Position numbers and translations under genes: made by a program
DNA from: Candidatus Binatia bacterium
GTDB lineage: Bacteria > Desulfobacterota > Binatia > HRBIN30
Reading direction: 5' to 3'
Length of the DNA stretch: 64,000 nt
Assembly (NCBI GenBank): GCA_038245295.1
Contig: JBBRSP010000005.1
Coordinates: forward strand, 160,001-224,000
Notes under the pieces: generated by a model
Seen by the model: only the letters and a program-made list of their open reading frames with translations
Database searches by the model: none
Told to the model about the DNA's origin: nothing
Part shown: in pieces, positions 37,533 through 48,025 of the stretch
How positions within the stretch are numbered: the first letter of the stretch is position 1
Layout of the letters: every line of letters starts with the position of its first letter

Positions 37533-38849
37533 TCAATCGTAGTACTCAAGCCCGAGGTGGGTAATCAGCTCTTCCCCGCGCAAATGCCGCAGGGTGTTCT
37601 TCAGTTTCATCAATTGGATGAAGAGATCATGCTCCGGGTAGAGGCCGGGCGCCGTCTGCGGGCTTTTGAAGTAGAACGACAACCATTCCTGAATCCCCTT
37701 CATGCCGGCGCGTTGTGCCAGGTCGAGCAGCAGCACGAGATCCAATGCCAGGGGGGCCGCGAGGATCGAATCACGGCACAGAAAGTTGATTTTGATTTGC
37801 ATCGGGTATCCCAGCCACCCGAAGATATCGATGTTGTCCCAACCCTCTTTGTTGTCGCCACGCGGCGGGTAGTAGTGGATGTTCACCTTGTGGACATAGT
37901 CGCCGTACAGGTCGGGGTAGAGGTCCTTTTGCAAGATGGCCTCGAGAACCGACAGCTTGCTCTCTTCCTTGGTCTTGAACGACGATGGCTCATCGAGCAC
38001 CTCGCCGTCGCGATTGCCCAAGATGTTGGTCGAGAACCAACCCTCCAAGCCGAGCATGCGCGCCTTCAATCCGGGAGCGAGGATTGTCTTCATGAGCGTT
38101 TGCCCGGTCTTAAAATCCTTGCCGCATACCGGGACGCAGTTCTTGTCGGCCAATTCGGTTAAGGCCGGGATGTCCACCGTAAGGTTGGGTGCGCCGTTGG
38201 CAAACGGGATATGCTGCGAGAGCGCCGCATAGGCGTACAGCATACTCGGCGCAATCTCGGGGTCGTTGCGTCGCAGTGCCTCTTCGAAATCAGCTAACGT
38301 CGCGTGCACGGCACCGGGTTTGAGGAACCCTTCGGTACTGCCGCACCACAGCATCACGATCCGACTGACGCCCTTGTCACGACGAAACTTCTCGATGTCC
38401 GCAATGAGGAGTTGAGCCAAATCCCACTTGGTCGGCGCCGTCTTGACGTGAGTGCCCTCGAGTCGCTTCACAAAGGTTTGATCGAACACAGCCGGCCACG
38501 GCTTGAGGTTGGACAGAGGTTCTTGGACGCGATCCAGGAGGTCTCGCTCCAGAACCTTGGCGCGCACGGCCGCCTGGTATGCGTCGTCGGGGAATATATC
38601 CCAGGCCCCGAAGACCAGATCCTGCAAATCGGCCAAAGGTACAAAATCGCGGATCAACGGGGCGCGCTTCTCGGTCCGCTTGCCGAGCCGAATCGTCCCC
38701 AACTGCGTCAGAGAGCCGATCGGACGGCCGAGTCCGCGGCGAATCAGCTCGACCCCAGCAACAAAGGTACTGCTCACGGCACCCAGGCCCACCAGAAGGA
38801 CTCCCAGTTTGCCTGTTGCCGGTTCAATCTCGCTTCCAGGCGCTCGCAT
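37533..38849 (-). CDS. ino1: Inositol-3-phosphate synthase
   Basis: GKDFKTGQT, STNILGNRDG, GDNKEGWD, RDSILAAP, SFYFKSP. Confidence 0.92.
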   Translation of the reverse strand: MRAPGSEIEPATGKLGVLLVGLGAVSSTFVAGVELIRRGLGRPIGSLTQLGTIRLGKRTEKRAPLIRDFVPLADLQDLVFGAWDIFPDDAYQAAVRAKVLERDLLDRVQEPLSNLKPWPAVFDQTFVKRLEGTHVKTAPTKWDLAQLLIADIEKFRRDKGVSRIVMLWCGSTEGFLKPGAVHATLADFEEALRRNDPEIAPSMLYAYAALSQHIPFANGAPNLTVDIPALTELADKNCVPVCGKDFKTGQTLMKTILAPGLKARMLGLEGWFSTNILGNRDGEVLDEPSSFKTKEESKLSVLEAILQKDLYPDLYGDYVHKVNIHYYPPRGDNKEGWDNIDIFGWLGYPMQIKINFLCRDSILAAPLALDLVLLLDLAQRAGMKGIQEWLSFYFKSPQTAPGLYPEHDLFIQLMKLKNTLRHLRGEELITHLGLEYYD

Positions 38850-38962
38850 AGGCGGACCCCTTAGTGCACGGCTTACCCACGAGCAAGCTCAATGGTTTGC
38901 CTCCGCCTGCTTCCCTGCCAACGCGTGCTTGTGTTAGAGAGCCGCGACTCGGAGACAAAACG

Positions 38963-39631
38963 ATGGCGCGAATTGCATTCCTTGGAGGTACCGGCGAGGA
39001 GGGTCTTGGCCTCGCTCTACGCTTCGCCCTGGCAGGGCAAGACGTAATCATTGGCTCACGTCAGAACGACAGAGCTCGTGATGCCGCGGCGTCATTGCGG
39101 ACGACGTTGCGCGCTGCCGGCTCCTCGGCGTCCGTCGAAGGCGAAGACAACAGGAGTGCGATCGGTGACGCCGACATCATCGTCTTCACCTTCCCGTTCA
39201 AAGCGGTGGAGTCTTTGGTGACGGAGATGCACGACGGCCTCGACGGCAAGATCATCCTGGATGTCGTAAACCCTTTGGTCCTGCGAGCCGGAGTCTTCCA
39301 TTCGATCCCGGTTGCCCAGGGCTCGGCGGGCCAACTGATTCAGCACCTGCTCCCGAACGCCAAGGTGGTCAGCGGCTTCAAGAACCTCAGCGCCAAGGAG
39401 CTCATCGATCCGCATCACGCTCTACAAGGCGATGTGTTGATGTGTGGCGATCACCCCGACGCGACAGCTTTTTTCGTCGACCTCGTCGGGCGTATCCCGT
39501 CCTTGCGAGCCGTGGACTGCGGCACGCTGGCGAACGCCGGCCACCTCGAAGGCATCACGACACTGCTGCTCAACCTCAACCGACGCTACAAGGCGATCAC
39601 CTCAATTGAGGTCCTCGGCTTACGGCACTGA
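38963..39631 (+). CDS. npdG: NADPH-dependent F420 reductase
   Basis: IAFLGGTGEEGLGLALR, IIGSR, DVVNPL, VVSGFKNLSA, LLNLNRRYK. Confidence 0.85.
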   Translation: MARIAFLGGTGEEGLGLALRFALAGQDVIIGSRQNDRARDAAASLRTTLRAAGSSASVEGEDNRSAIGDADIIVFTFPFKAVESLVTEMHDGLDGKIILDVVNPLVLRAGVFHSIPVAQGSAGQLIQHLLPNAKVVSGFKNLSAKELIDPHHALQGDVLMCGDHPDATAFFVDLVGRIPSLRAVDCGTLANAGHLEGITTLLLNLNRRYKAITSIEVLGLRH

Positions 39632-39713
39632 CCCGCCGCCCGCTCGCCAAACGAAACGGGCGCGCCGCCGGATGGCAGCACGCCCGTGATCGAGGAACAT
39701 TCGGCCCGTAACG

Positions 39714-41669
39714 TTAGGGTAAGCAGTTGAACTTGAGAATATCGCCGTCGTAGGGCCCCGGCTTCGGCTGATGCGCCCGGATACGGATCTCAGAGAAACC
39801 GGGAGCCAGACCACCGGCCGTTTGTCGCAACTGCACCTGGTATTCGAACAGCGGCGTACAAATATTCTTCGCCGTGATCGGTGGGTTGAAATCCACCGAT
39901 CGATTCATACACCGCCCATCGGCAGCGCCCGGAGCCGTGTCGCACTGCGCGTCGGTATTGCAAGCAACTCCGCGCTTGCCATTGTTCCGGCACTTGCCGT
40001 TCACCTTGCCGCCGATGGCGATCAGCGACGCCTCCATCGCATCGCGATTCTCACGATCGATCTGATGCACGGGATTGTCCTGATTCGGTCGACGGAACTT
40101 CACCTTGTTGACGTTGTCGAGCTTGACGCACGGGATACGTGCCTCGTCCATGTTGAAGCACAACGAAACCCGGAAGGCGCAGATCTTGTCTCCGGCGTGG
40201 GCGTCGCACGTAGGATCTCCGGCGCGACAAGTCAGGACGTTTCCCGGCAGCCCACCCGGCCCGTCTTGTGGCGGTGGTGGGATGGTACAGAACTGCATCA
40301 CACAATCGTCCGCTCGCGAACCACAGTATCCGGGGATTTGTCCGGGGCTGTTGGGTTGGCAAAGGGTAAACAGACAGTTGGTCTCGCAACCGTCGCCGGC
40401 CACCTGATTGCCGTCGTCGCATTGTTCGGGCGGCGTCACGATGCCATTGCCGCAACCGGTGCGCGTGCAGTTGTTGTCACAACCGTCCCCGTTAGTCTGA
40501 TTGCCGTCATCGCATTGCTCGCCGGTCGTCAGGATGCCGTTGCCGCAACCCGTGAACGTGCAGTTGTTGTCACAGCCGTCGCCATTCGTCTGATTGCCGT
40601 CGTCGCACTGCTCACCCGGATTGGTGACACCGTTGCCGCATGGTGTCGGCGTAATGGTCGGCGTGGGTGTGATCGTCGGCGTCGGGGTCGACGTCGGCGT
40701 GTCGGTTGGCGTTGGCGTCGAGGTGAATGTCGACGTGGGCGTGTCGGTCGAGGTCGGCGTCGAAGTCCGGGTCGGCGTAATCGTCGGTGTATTCGACGCG
40801 ACAGGTGCCGGCGGCGGGGCACTGGGGGCCTGGCCATCGGCGGTCAGCACACGATTGGCGAGTCCACACGTAGGGCTCACGTCAACGTCGATACCAAAGG
40901 CAGCGGCACCATACGTGAAGCCAGACATTCCGAGGCTGTGGTTGTAGATCATGACGACGATTTGCCCCTTCTGGAGGGTAAAACCGTCGGTGGGGGGCGC
41001 GGCGCACACAGTGGTATTCGTCGTCGGTTGGCTGGTGCACATCGGTGGGTTACCCGACGAAGCGAGGCCGAACCCGAGAGTGGTCAACTGCGCCGCCCCT
41101 TGGCACTGGGCCGTTACACCCGTCGCGATACACGCGGGCGGAACCCCGCCCCCAGAAGCAGACAACGCGAAGAGACTCGCATCCGGTGAGCCACCGACAC
41201 AGTTGGTCGGGTCACGACAAATCTCAATTGGGCTTGCCGTACCAATCGTCAGACGGCCACCGCCTGCGGGGTTGAACGAAATCGCAAACGTATCGGGGCT
41301 TAGGATCCCCGTGCGGATGGTCTCATTGTAGCCGTGAAGTACCTGCGGCATTGGGATGAACGTATTGGCGCCGGCAACAGCCGACGTTGTAGCGCTCGGC
41401 GAACCGCCACCGCTTGAACATGCCGAATAACCGTTCACGCCACCGCCCAGCGTCGTGACACGCAATCGATCGACACCACCTTGGAGCGGTTGGTTCGGCA
41501 CGCTGATGACCTGGTACACAGTACCGTCGGCGGCACGTTGCCCGAGGCTAAGATCGAGTTGTGCCGACGCGGAGGACGTGAAACCCGCAAACACCAACAG
41601 CGCCGCACAAATGCCCACGGCGGCCTGCCGATTTCGCGATCCAAGTTGTCTTCGGTCAGTGAACTGCAT
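39714..41669 (-). CDS. Secreted Cys-rich protein with three DUF4215 (myxobacterial CGNG..EQCDDGN) repeats
   Basis: Signal peptide, TPT linker, 3x CGNG....EQCDDGNQ..GDGC, Cys-rich C-terminal domain; start 41669 or 41708. Confidence 0.8.
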   Translation of the reverse strand: MQFTDRRQLGSRNRQAAVGICAALLVFAGFTSSASAQLDLSLGQRAADGTVYQVISVPNQPLQGGVDRLRVTTLGGGVNGYSACSSGGGSPSATTSAVAGANTFIPMPQVLHGYNETIRTGILSPDTFAISFNPAGGGRLTIGTASPIEICRDPTNCVGGSPDASLFALSASGGGVPPACIATGVTAQCQGAAQLTTLGFGLASSGNPPMCTSQPTTNTTVCAAPPTDGFTLQKGQIVVMIYNHSLGMSGFTYGAAAFGIDVDVSPTCGLANRVLTADGQAPSAPPPAPVASNTPTITPTRTSTPTSTDTPTSTFTSTPTPTDTPTSTPTPTITPTPTITPTPCGNGVTNPGEQCDDGNQTNGDGCDNNCTFTGCGNGILTTGEQCDDGNQTNGDGCDNNCTRTGCGNGIVTPPEQCDDGNQVAGDGCETNCLFTLCQPNSPGQIPGYCGSRADDCVMQFCTIPPPPQDGPGGLPGNVLTCRAGDPTCDAHAGDKICAFRVSLCFNMDEARIPCVKLDNVNKVKFRRPNQDNPVHQIDRENRDAMEASLIAIGGKVNGKCRNNGKRGVACNTDAQCDTAPGAADGRCMNRSVDFNPPITAKNICTPLFEYQVQLRQTAGGLAPGFSEIRIRAHQPKPGPYDGDILKFNCLP

Positions 41670-41944
41670 CGTACATCCTTCCGCTCCCCCTTCAACCGCT
41701 GGCTCCATGCATTACCCGCGGCGCAAAGGCCCGAGGGAGGTGAGGTCACGGTATCCTCATCGGATTCGCCATGCCCAGCCGCCTTCGAGAGAATGCGACT
41801 GGGACGCATAACCCAGAGTTCCGAGAGTGGTCAAGCAACAACGCCCAGTGTCTAAATTATTTTTCGCTCGACAAACTGCGGCTTTATGCTCGCCGAGAAC
41901 CATTGCGCCCGACACCAACCGGCTCTAACAGCGAAGCTATTCCC

Positions 41945-43162
41945 ATGAGTGAGTCGCGTCATTCCGTGGCCGTCGTTGGTGGCGGCATCGTTGGTCTGGC
42001 TACAGCGTATGCCCTTTCCCAGCGCTTCGCCGAACTGTCGATCGTGCTGTTGGAGAAGGAGTCCCGCCTGGCATCGCACCAGACGGGACACAATAGCGGC
42101 GTGATTCACGCCGGGATCTACTACAAACCAGGCTCTTACAAGGCGCGGTTGTGTGTCGACGGCGTACACCTCATGAAAGAGTTCTGCGCCGCACACGCCA
42201 TCCCTTTCGAGAATTGCGGCAAGATCATCGTCGCGACAACCGCGGACGAGTTGCCTCGATTGCAAACGCTGCTCGAACGCGGCATCGCCAACGGAGTTCC
42301 TGGACTACGTGTCGTCGAGCCGCAGGCCTTGCGGGAAATCGAACCCCATGCACGGGCCTTACGTGCGCTGCATTCGCCACAGACGGCGATCGTCGACTAC
42401 AAGTTGGTGGCCGCGGCGATGGCCGCCGAGTTGCGCCAACGGGGCGTCGACATCCGCACCGCGTCGCGCGTCGACGCGGTGCGCAGCGTCGGCGACGAGT
42501 TGCTCGTCAAGACGTCGCACGGCGAACTGCGCGCTTCCCACTTGATCAACTGCGGCGGCCTGTGGGCCGATCGGGTGGCGCGTCTCACCGGCATCGAGCC
42601 GGATGTGCAGATCATCCCGTTTCGCGGCGAATATTACTCCCTACGCCCGGAGCAGTCGGTCGTTCGCGGCTTGATTTACCCGGTGCCGGATCCGGAATTT
42701 CCGTTCCTCGGTGTTCATTTCACCAAACGTATTCAGGGCGACGTCGAAGCCGGCCCCAACGCCGTCCTGGCCTTCGCGCGCGAGGGCTACCGGCTCGGGA
42801 TCATCCGCTTGTCGGAGTTTGCCGGCACTCTTGCCTACCGCGGTTTCTGGGCGATGGCGGCGCGCTACTGGCGTACCGGCATCTACGAAATGTACCGCTC
42901 GCTCAGCAAACGTACGTTCCTACGCGACCTGCAGAAGCTGGTTCCCGATCTGCGCGCTACCGATATGATCCCTGGCGGCACCGGCGTGCGCGCCCAGGCG
43001 GTCAGTCCCGACGGTTCCCTGGTCGACGACTTTCGCATTCGCGAGTCACCCCGCGCCATCCACGTCCTCAACGCACCATCGCCGGCGGCAACCGCGTCGC
43101 TGTCGATCGGCAATCATATTGCCGACCTCGCTGCCAAGTCGTTCGGTTACCGGCGCTCGTAG
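41945..43162 (+). CDS. lhgO: L-2-hydroxyglutarate oxidase
   Basis: GGGIVG, HQTGHNSGVIHAGIYY, PFRGEYY, YPVPDP, FLGVHFT, NAPSPAAT. Confidence 0.92.
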   Translation: MSESRHSVAVVGGGIVGLATAYALSQRFAELSIVLLEKESRLASHQTGHNSGVIHAGIYYKPGSYKARLCVDGVHLMKEFCAAHAIPFENCGKIIVATTADELPRLQTLLERGIANGVPGLRVVEPQALREIEPHARALRALHSPQTAIVDYKLVAAAMAAELRQRGVDIRTASRVDAVRSVGDELLVKTSHGELRASHLINCGGLWADRVARLTGIEPDVQIIPFRGEYYSLRPEQSVVRGLIYPVPDPEFPFLGVHFTKRIQGDVEAGPNAVLAFAREGYRLGIIRLSEFAGTLAYRGFWAMAARYWRTGIYEMYRSLSKRTFLRDLQKLVPDLRATDMIPGGTGVRAQAVSPDGSLVDDFRIRESPRAIHVLNAPSPAATASLSIGNHIADLAAKSFGYRRS

Positions 43163-43168
43163 TCTAGC

Positions 43169-46100
43169 TCACGGCGTACACAGCAGCCGCAGCATCGTGC
43201 GCTTGCCCTTCGGCCTCGGGAAGGTGCCATCCTTCGACACCGTACGAATCGTCAACCGCCGCTTGGCCTTGTCCGACGGCTTGGCGATCGCCACGAGATC
43301 CATCGCCATCGGCGCACTGCACAAGTTCGTCTGCGCGCCGGCGATAGGCACACCATTCGTATAGCCGGCATCCGGATTCTGCGGGTCGAGCAGGGCACTC
43401 AGGGCATTGTTCACCGCCGCGGTGTTCGTCAGCGCCAAAACACCCACGGTTGGTGCACTGGCAATCTTCAGCGGCACCGGTTTCACCAGGACCGAACTGA
43501 TGCCGGTCCTGGGCTGAAGACACTCCAAACTCGCGTCGGTCGTATTGAGACACATCACGACCGTCATCCGACAACGTCCTGTCGTCGGATCGGCGTCGCA
43601 TGTCGGATCGTTGTCCGCGCATGTCTGATCGCGATCGGGCAAGCTGAATTTGTCGAGGAGATTGCTTGGATTGACAACGAAGTACTCAAGCTGGCAACCG
43701 TTCTTGTCCTTCGCCGGCTTCGTACGCTCACCGCGAATGAAACCGCTGTACGTGCAATCATCGTTGCGGCTCGACGGACAGCCATCGATCGCCGTCGACT
43801 GATTGCCGTCGTCACACTGCTCGCCCGCGTCCGGCACACCGTTGCCGCAGCAATTCGGCACGAGCTCCGGCGCACAGACACCGCTGCGGCACGCGTTCTT
43901 GCAGAAGTTGTCATCATTACCGGCACACCCGTCGCCTTCGGCGCGGAACATATCGGTGCGGCATGCCGCCGCGATGCCGTCGCAAGCTTCCGCCACATCA
44001 CAAAACTCCGTCGCCGGACGGCAGACGACACCACTGGCGCGCAGGGCATCGGCCGGACAGTCCGTGCTGCTACCATCACACGTCTCCGCGACATCGCAGT
44101 CGCCGGCCGCGGCACGGCAAACAGACCCGCTCGTGCGTAAAGCTTCGGCGGCGCAGCCGTTGCTCACTCCATCGCAGCTCTCAGCAACATCACACCCGCC
44201 GACGGCGGCGCGGCAAACATTCGTCAGCTTGGCATCCGGAGGGCAGGCCTTGCCGATGCCGTCGCAGAAGTCGACCGCATCGCAAACTCCAGCCGCGGCG
44301 CGGCACGGGGTCGTATCAGGAGCAACAATGTCGTTCGGGCAATTGGGATCGAAGCCGTTGCAGTTCTCCACCAGATCACAGACACCCGCCGACATCCGGC
44401 AGGCCACCGTCGAGGGCTGCATCACATCGGCGGGACACTCATCGCTCACGCCGTCGCAGAAGTCGGCCACGTCGCAAACGCCGGCGCTGCCGCGACAAAG
44501 GATTGCCGTCGTCTTCTTCGCGTCCGCGGGGCATTGCGCTCCGCTGCCGCTGCACTTCTCCGTTTGGTCGCAGTCGCCGGCCAGCGCACGACACTCGAAG
44601 GTCGAGGGCTTGAACCCATCGGGCGGACAGGTCGCGCTGCTTCCGCTGCACACCTCCGCGATGTCACAATCACCGTCGGCGGCGCGGCATTCGACACCGG
44701 AACCGACCAGAACGTCGCTTGGGCACTGCTTGCCGTTTCCGTCACAGTAGTCGGCCACGTCACACCCGCCGGTAACGTTGCGACACAAGACACCGGGCGG
44801 CTGAATCGAGTCGGTGGGGCATTGCGTGTTCCCACCCGTACAAGATTCCGCAATGTCGCACGCACCGGTCGAGGCGCGACACTCGACACCACTCGCCTTG
44901 AGCTGGTCCGCCGGGCAACTGGTGGCGCTGCCGCTACACACCTCGTCGACGTCGCACGTACCGGCCGCGACACGACACACGAACCCGCTGGCTCGTAGAG
45001 TATCGGCGGGGCAACCATTCGAGGCGCCGTCACACACCTCGGCCACGTCACAAACATCGACCGCCAGCCGACAAACCGACCCACTCGGCCGCTTAGCATC
45101 GAACGCGGGACATGAGGCGCCGCTCCCCGAACACGTCTCCGCCTGATCGCAATCACCCACTGCCGCACGACACACAGTCGTATTCGGCTGGAACGCATTG
45201 GCCGGACAATCGTTTGTCGCCCCATCGCAAAGCTCAGCAACGTCGCAGACACCAACAGCGCCGCGGCACACAAACGTGTTCGGAACCTTCGCGTCGGGCG
45301 GACATTGTGCTCCCAACCCGTCACAGAATTCCGTCGTGTCGCAGTCGCCACCGGAGACGCGACAGACGACGCTGGAAGTCAGGGCCTCATCCGACGGGCA
45401 AGCCGGATTGGCGCCGTCACAGAAGTCGGCCACGTCGCAATCGCCGGCGAGCGGACGACAGAGCGTCGCATGACTGAGAATCGGATGCGTGCAGGTATCC
45501 TGCAGTCCGTCACATTGGTCGCTGGAGCACGGGAACCCGTCGTCGGTACACGCCGTCCCATTGGGCTTCTTACTGTCGCTCGGGCAGGTGACCGAGGCGC
45601 CGGTACAAGTCTCCGCCAGGTCACATTCGCCGCCCGCGGCACGACACTCGACGTTCGACGCCTTGAAGGAGCACGCGGAGCTGCAGCAATTCGGCGTCGT
45701 GCCGTTGGCGGCTCCCTGATCGCATTGTTCCTTTGTCTCGATCTGCGAATTGCCGCAGATGGGCAATGGCGCAACCGACCAGCCGGCGTCGGTACGGTTG
45801 TCGTCGAAGACCCACGCATTGCAACCGATCGGCATCACCGTCGTCGCCGCCGCGCCACCGACACCCTGGAATCCGACTGTAGCGGTCTGACCGCTCGCGA
45901 AGCGCTGATTGGTCGGATACTTCACGGCAATTACGTTGGAGCCCTCGTGAACCAGGATCTCCATCTTCATATCGTCGTTGCCGTCATCGCTGCTGGTCAC
46001 GGTATCGAGGAAGAAAAATGCCAGGAACGTGCGATTCGGCGCCGTCCCGACGGTACCATACTGAATCGTGCTGGCACCCGCCGTCTGCATGTCATCCCAA

Positions 46101-47649
46101 AAGCCGGCGATAAACGGATTAGTATGCTTCGACGTCGGCAGGCAGTCATTGACCGGATCACTGTTCCCCGCGGTATTGGAACCGAACTCCATCCAGCCGT
46201 TGGTCGACAAAACAGCGGTGCTGTAATTTGTCCCTTCAATGTTCACGCTGAACGGCAAATTGACGATCTGCGTCGCGTCGTTGCCGGAGAAGAACAGCAG
46301 CCCCGGAATATTGGTGGCATTGATGTCGTCGGGGCTGAAGGCTGTCACCGCATGCAGAGACATCGCTCCGAGCGTCTTGGGATGGACCGACCATCCTTCG
46401 TGGGCTGCGTCGTTGTCGTCGAGGATCTTTCCATTACAGGTCAGCGGATACGCGGCGGCGCTCGCGCCACCCGCCCCCTGGAACCCGATCGTGGCTGCCT
46501 GGCCGTTGGCCGTCGCGCCCTTGTCACGATAGCGAACACTCATCAGGCTCGATCCTTCGTGGATCTCAACTTGAAAACTCAGGTCGTCGGCTGAATTGCC
46601 TTCGACGGCCGGGTCGACGTCGACCTGTACGTCGACGACGAACGTCCGGTTCGGGCTACTGCCGACGCTGCCGTAACGAATGTTGGTTCCAATGGTCTGG
46701 TCGTCGTCCCAATACGCTGCCAGCAGCGGATTGGTGTGTGCGGCGCTGGGCAAACAGTCGTTGCTCGGATCGCTGTCGGCGGCGGTGTTGCCGCCAAACT
46801 CGAACCAGCCATTCGTTGAAATCGCCACGCTGTTGTAGGCGATTCCCTCAATCGTCACCGGGAACGGCAAACCGACGTTCGACACGGTGTCATTGCCCGA
46901 GATCGTCGCAAAGCCGGTGATGTCGTCCGGGCTCGATTGCGTCATGCCCGACAGCGTCACAAGGCCGGCGCGGCCGGCATCGACCGACCAGGCATCTTCG
47001 GGGCGGTTGTCATCCAAAATCTTACCGTTGCAGACCAACCCCTGCACGGTCGTCGCAGCACCGCCGCCGGCGCCCTGGAAACCAATGGTTGCGGTTTGGC
47101 CGTTCGCCAGGTTCTGCGAATTCCGATACCGCACGGTGATCAGATTCGACGTTTCGTGGAGTTGCACCTGGAAGCCAACGTCGTCGGCGCCGTCGTCGGA
47201 GCTAACCTTGGTGTCGAGAAAGAAATCGGCGAGGAAGACGCGGTTTGGGCTCGATCCCTCCGTGACGTAGCGGATGGCGCCGCCGTCGGCAAGCAGTCGT
47301 TGGTTGGATCACTATCGCCCGACGTGTTGCCGCCGAACTCGATCCAACCATTCGTCGACAGGGTGAGCGTCGAGTAGTTCACTCCTTCGATCTTGAAGGA
47401 GAACGGCAGGGTGACGTTCTGGGTAACGTCGTCGCCGCTGACGGTAAGCATGCCCGGCGCGTTGGTGGCGTTGAGGTCGTCCTCGCTGAACGCCATCCAC
47501 CCGCCCATCGACATCGCTGCCTCGGCGCGAGACGGCGCGGAGGAGAGGCAGATGCACCACAAAAGAGACGTGACCGCGACGCACCATCGGGCCGAAGGTC
47601 CCGCGCTCTTCCCGATACCGGCAATGCAACGCCGCAAGCGTTTCGCCAT
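43169..47649 (-). pseudogene. Large secreted adhesin-like protein (3 nidogen/NIDO-like repeats, 17 disintegrin-like repeats, DUF4215-like units, C-terminal domain) split by a frameshift near 47280
   Basis: ORFs 47140-47700 and 43169-47167 hold the two halves of repeat 1; about 16-17 residues present in repeats 2 and 3 are missing at the junction. Confidence 0.78.
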
Positions 47650-47770
47650 GTTCAGCACCCTCCGCGAAGAAACAATTTCGGAACGGCCCTTCCCTTCCAC
47701 AGCTGCGGGACTGCGGTCAACCAGAGTCGCCAGGCGGGTAGTGGGTCATTTTTCATTCACCCCGGTGAAG

Positions 47771-47930
47771 GAGACTGTCGATCTTCTCTGATTCATCGTT
47801 TGAAACTGCGCAAACACCTCCGTCATACCGGCGAAAGCCGTTATCTCCCCAGCATTTTTGGCCTTCCACTCGAGGAGATACCGGCTTTCGCCGGGATGAC
47901 GTTGCTTCATTTTAGTTTATCGACAGTCTC
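47771..47930. mobile_element. 160-bp MITE, copy A, with internal REP-like palindrome
   Basis: Terminal inverted repeats GAGACTGTCGAT / ATCGACAGTCTC; internal cgtcataccggcgaaagccg...ccggctttcgccgggatgacg; colinear with 54386-54545. Confidence 0.75.
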
Positions 47931-48025
47931 CTGCGCCGGACGACGGAGGTGCTGCTCTCGTTTTCAAACTGCCCCTCTACCGCCAGACGGCGCGCCCGAC
48001 ACGTCGCGACACATCCCGATCTCGG

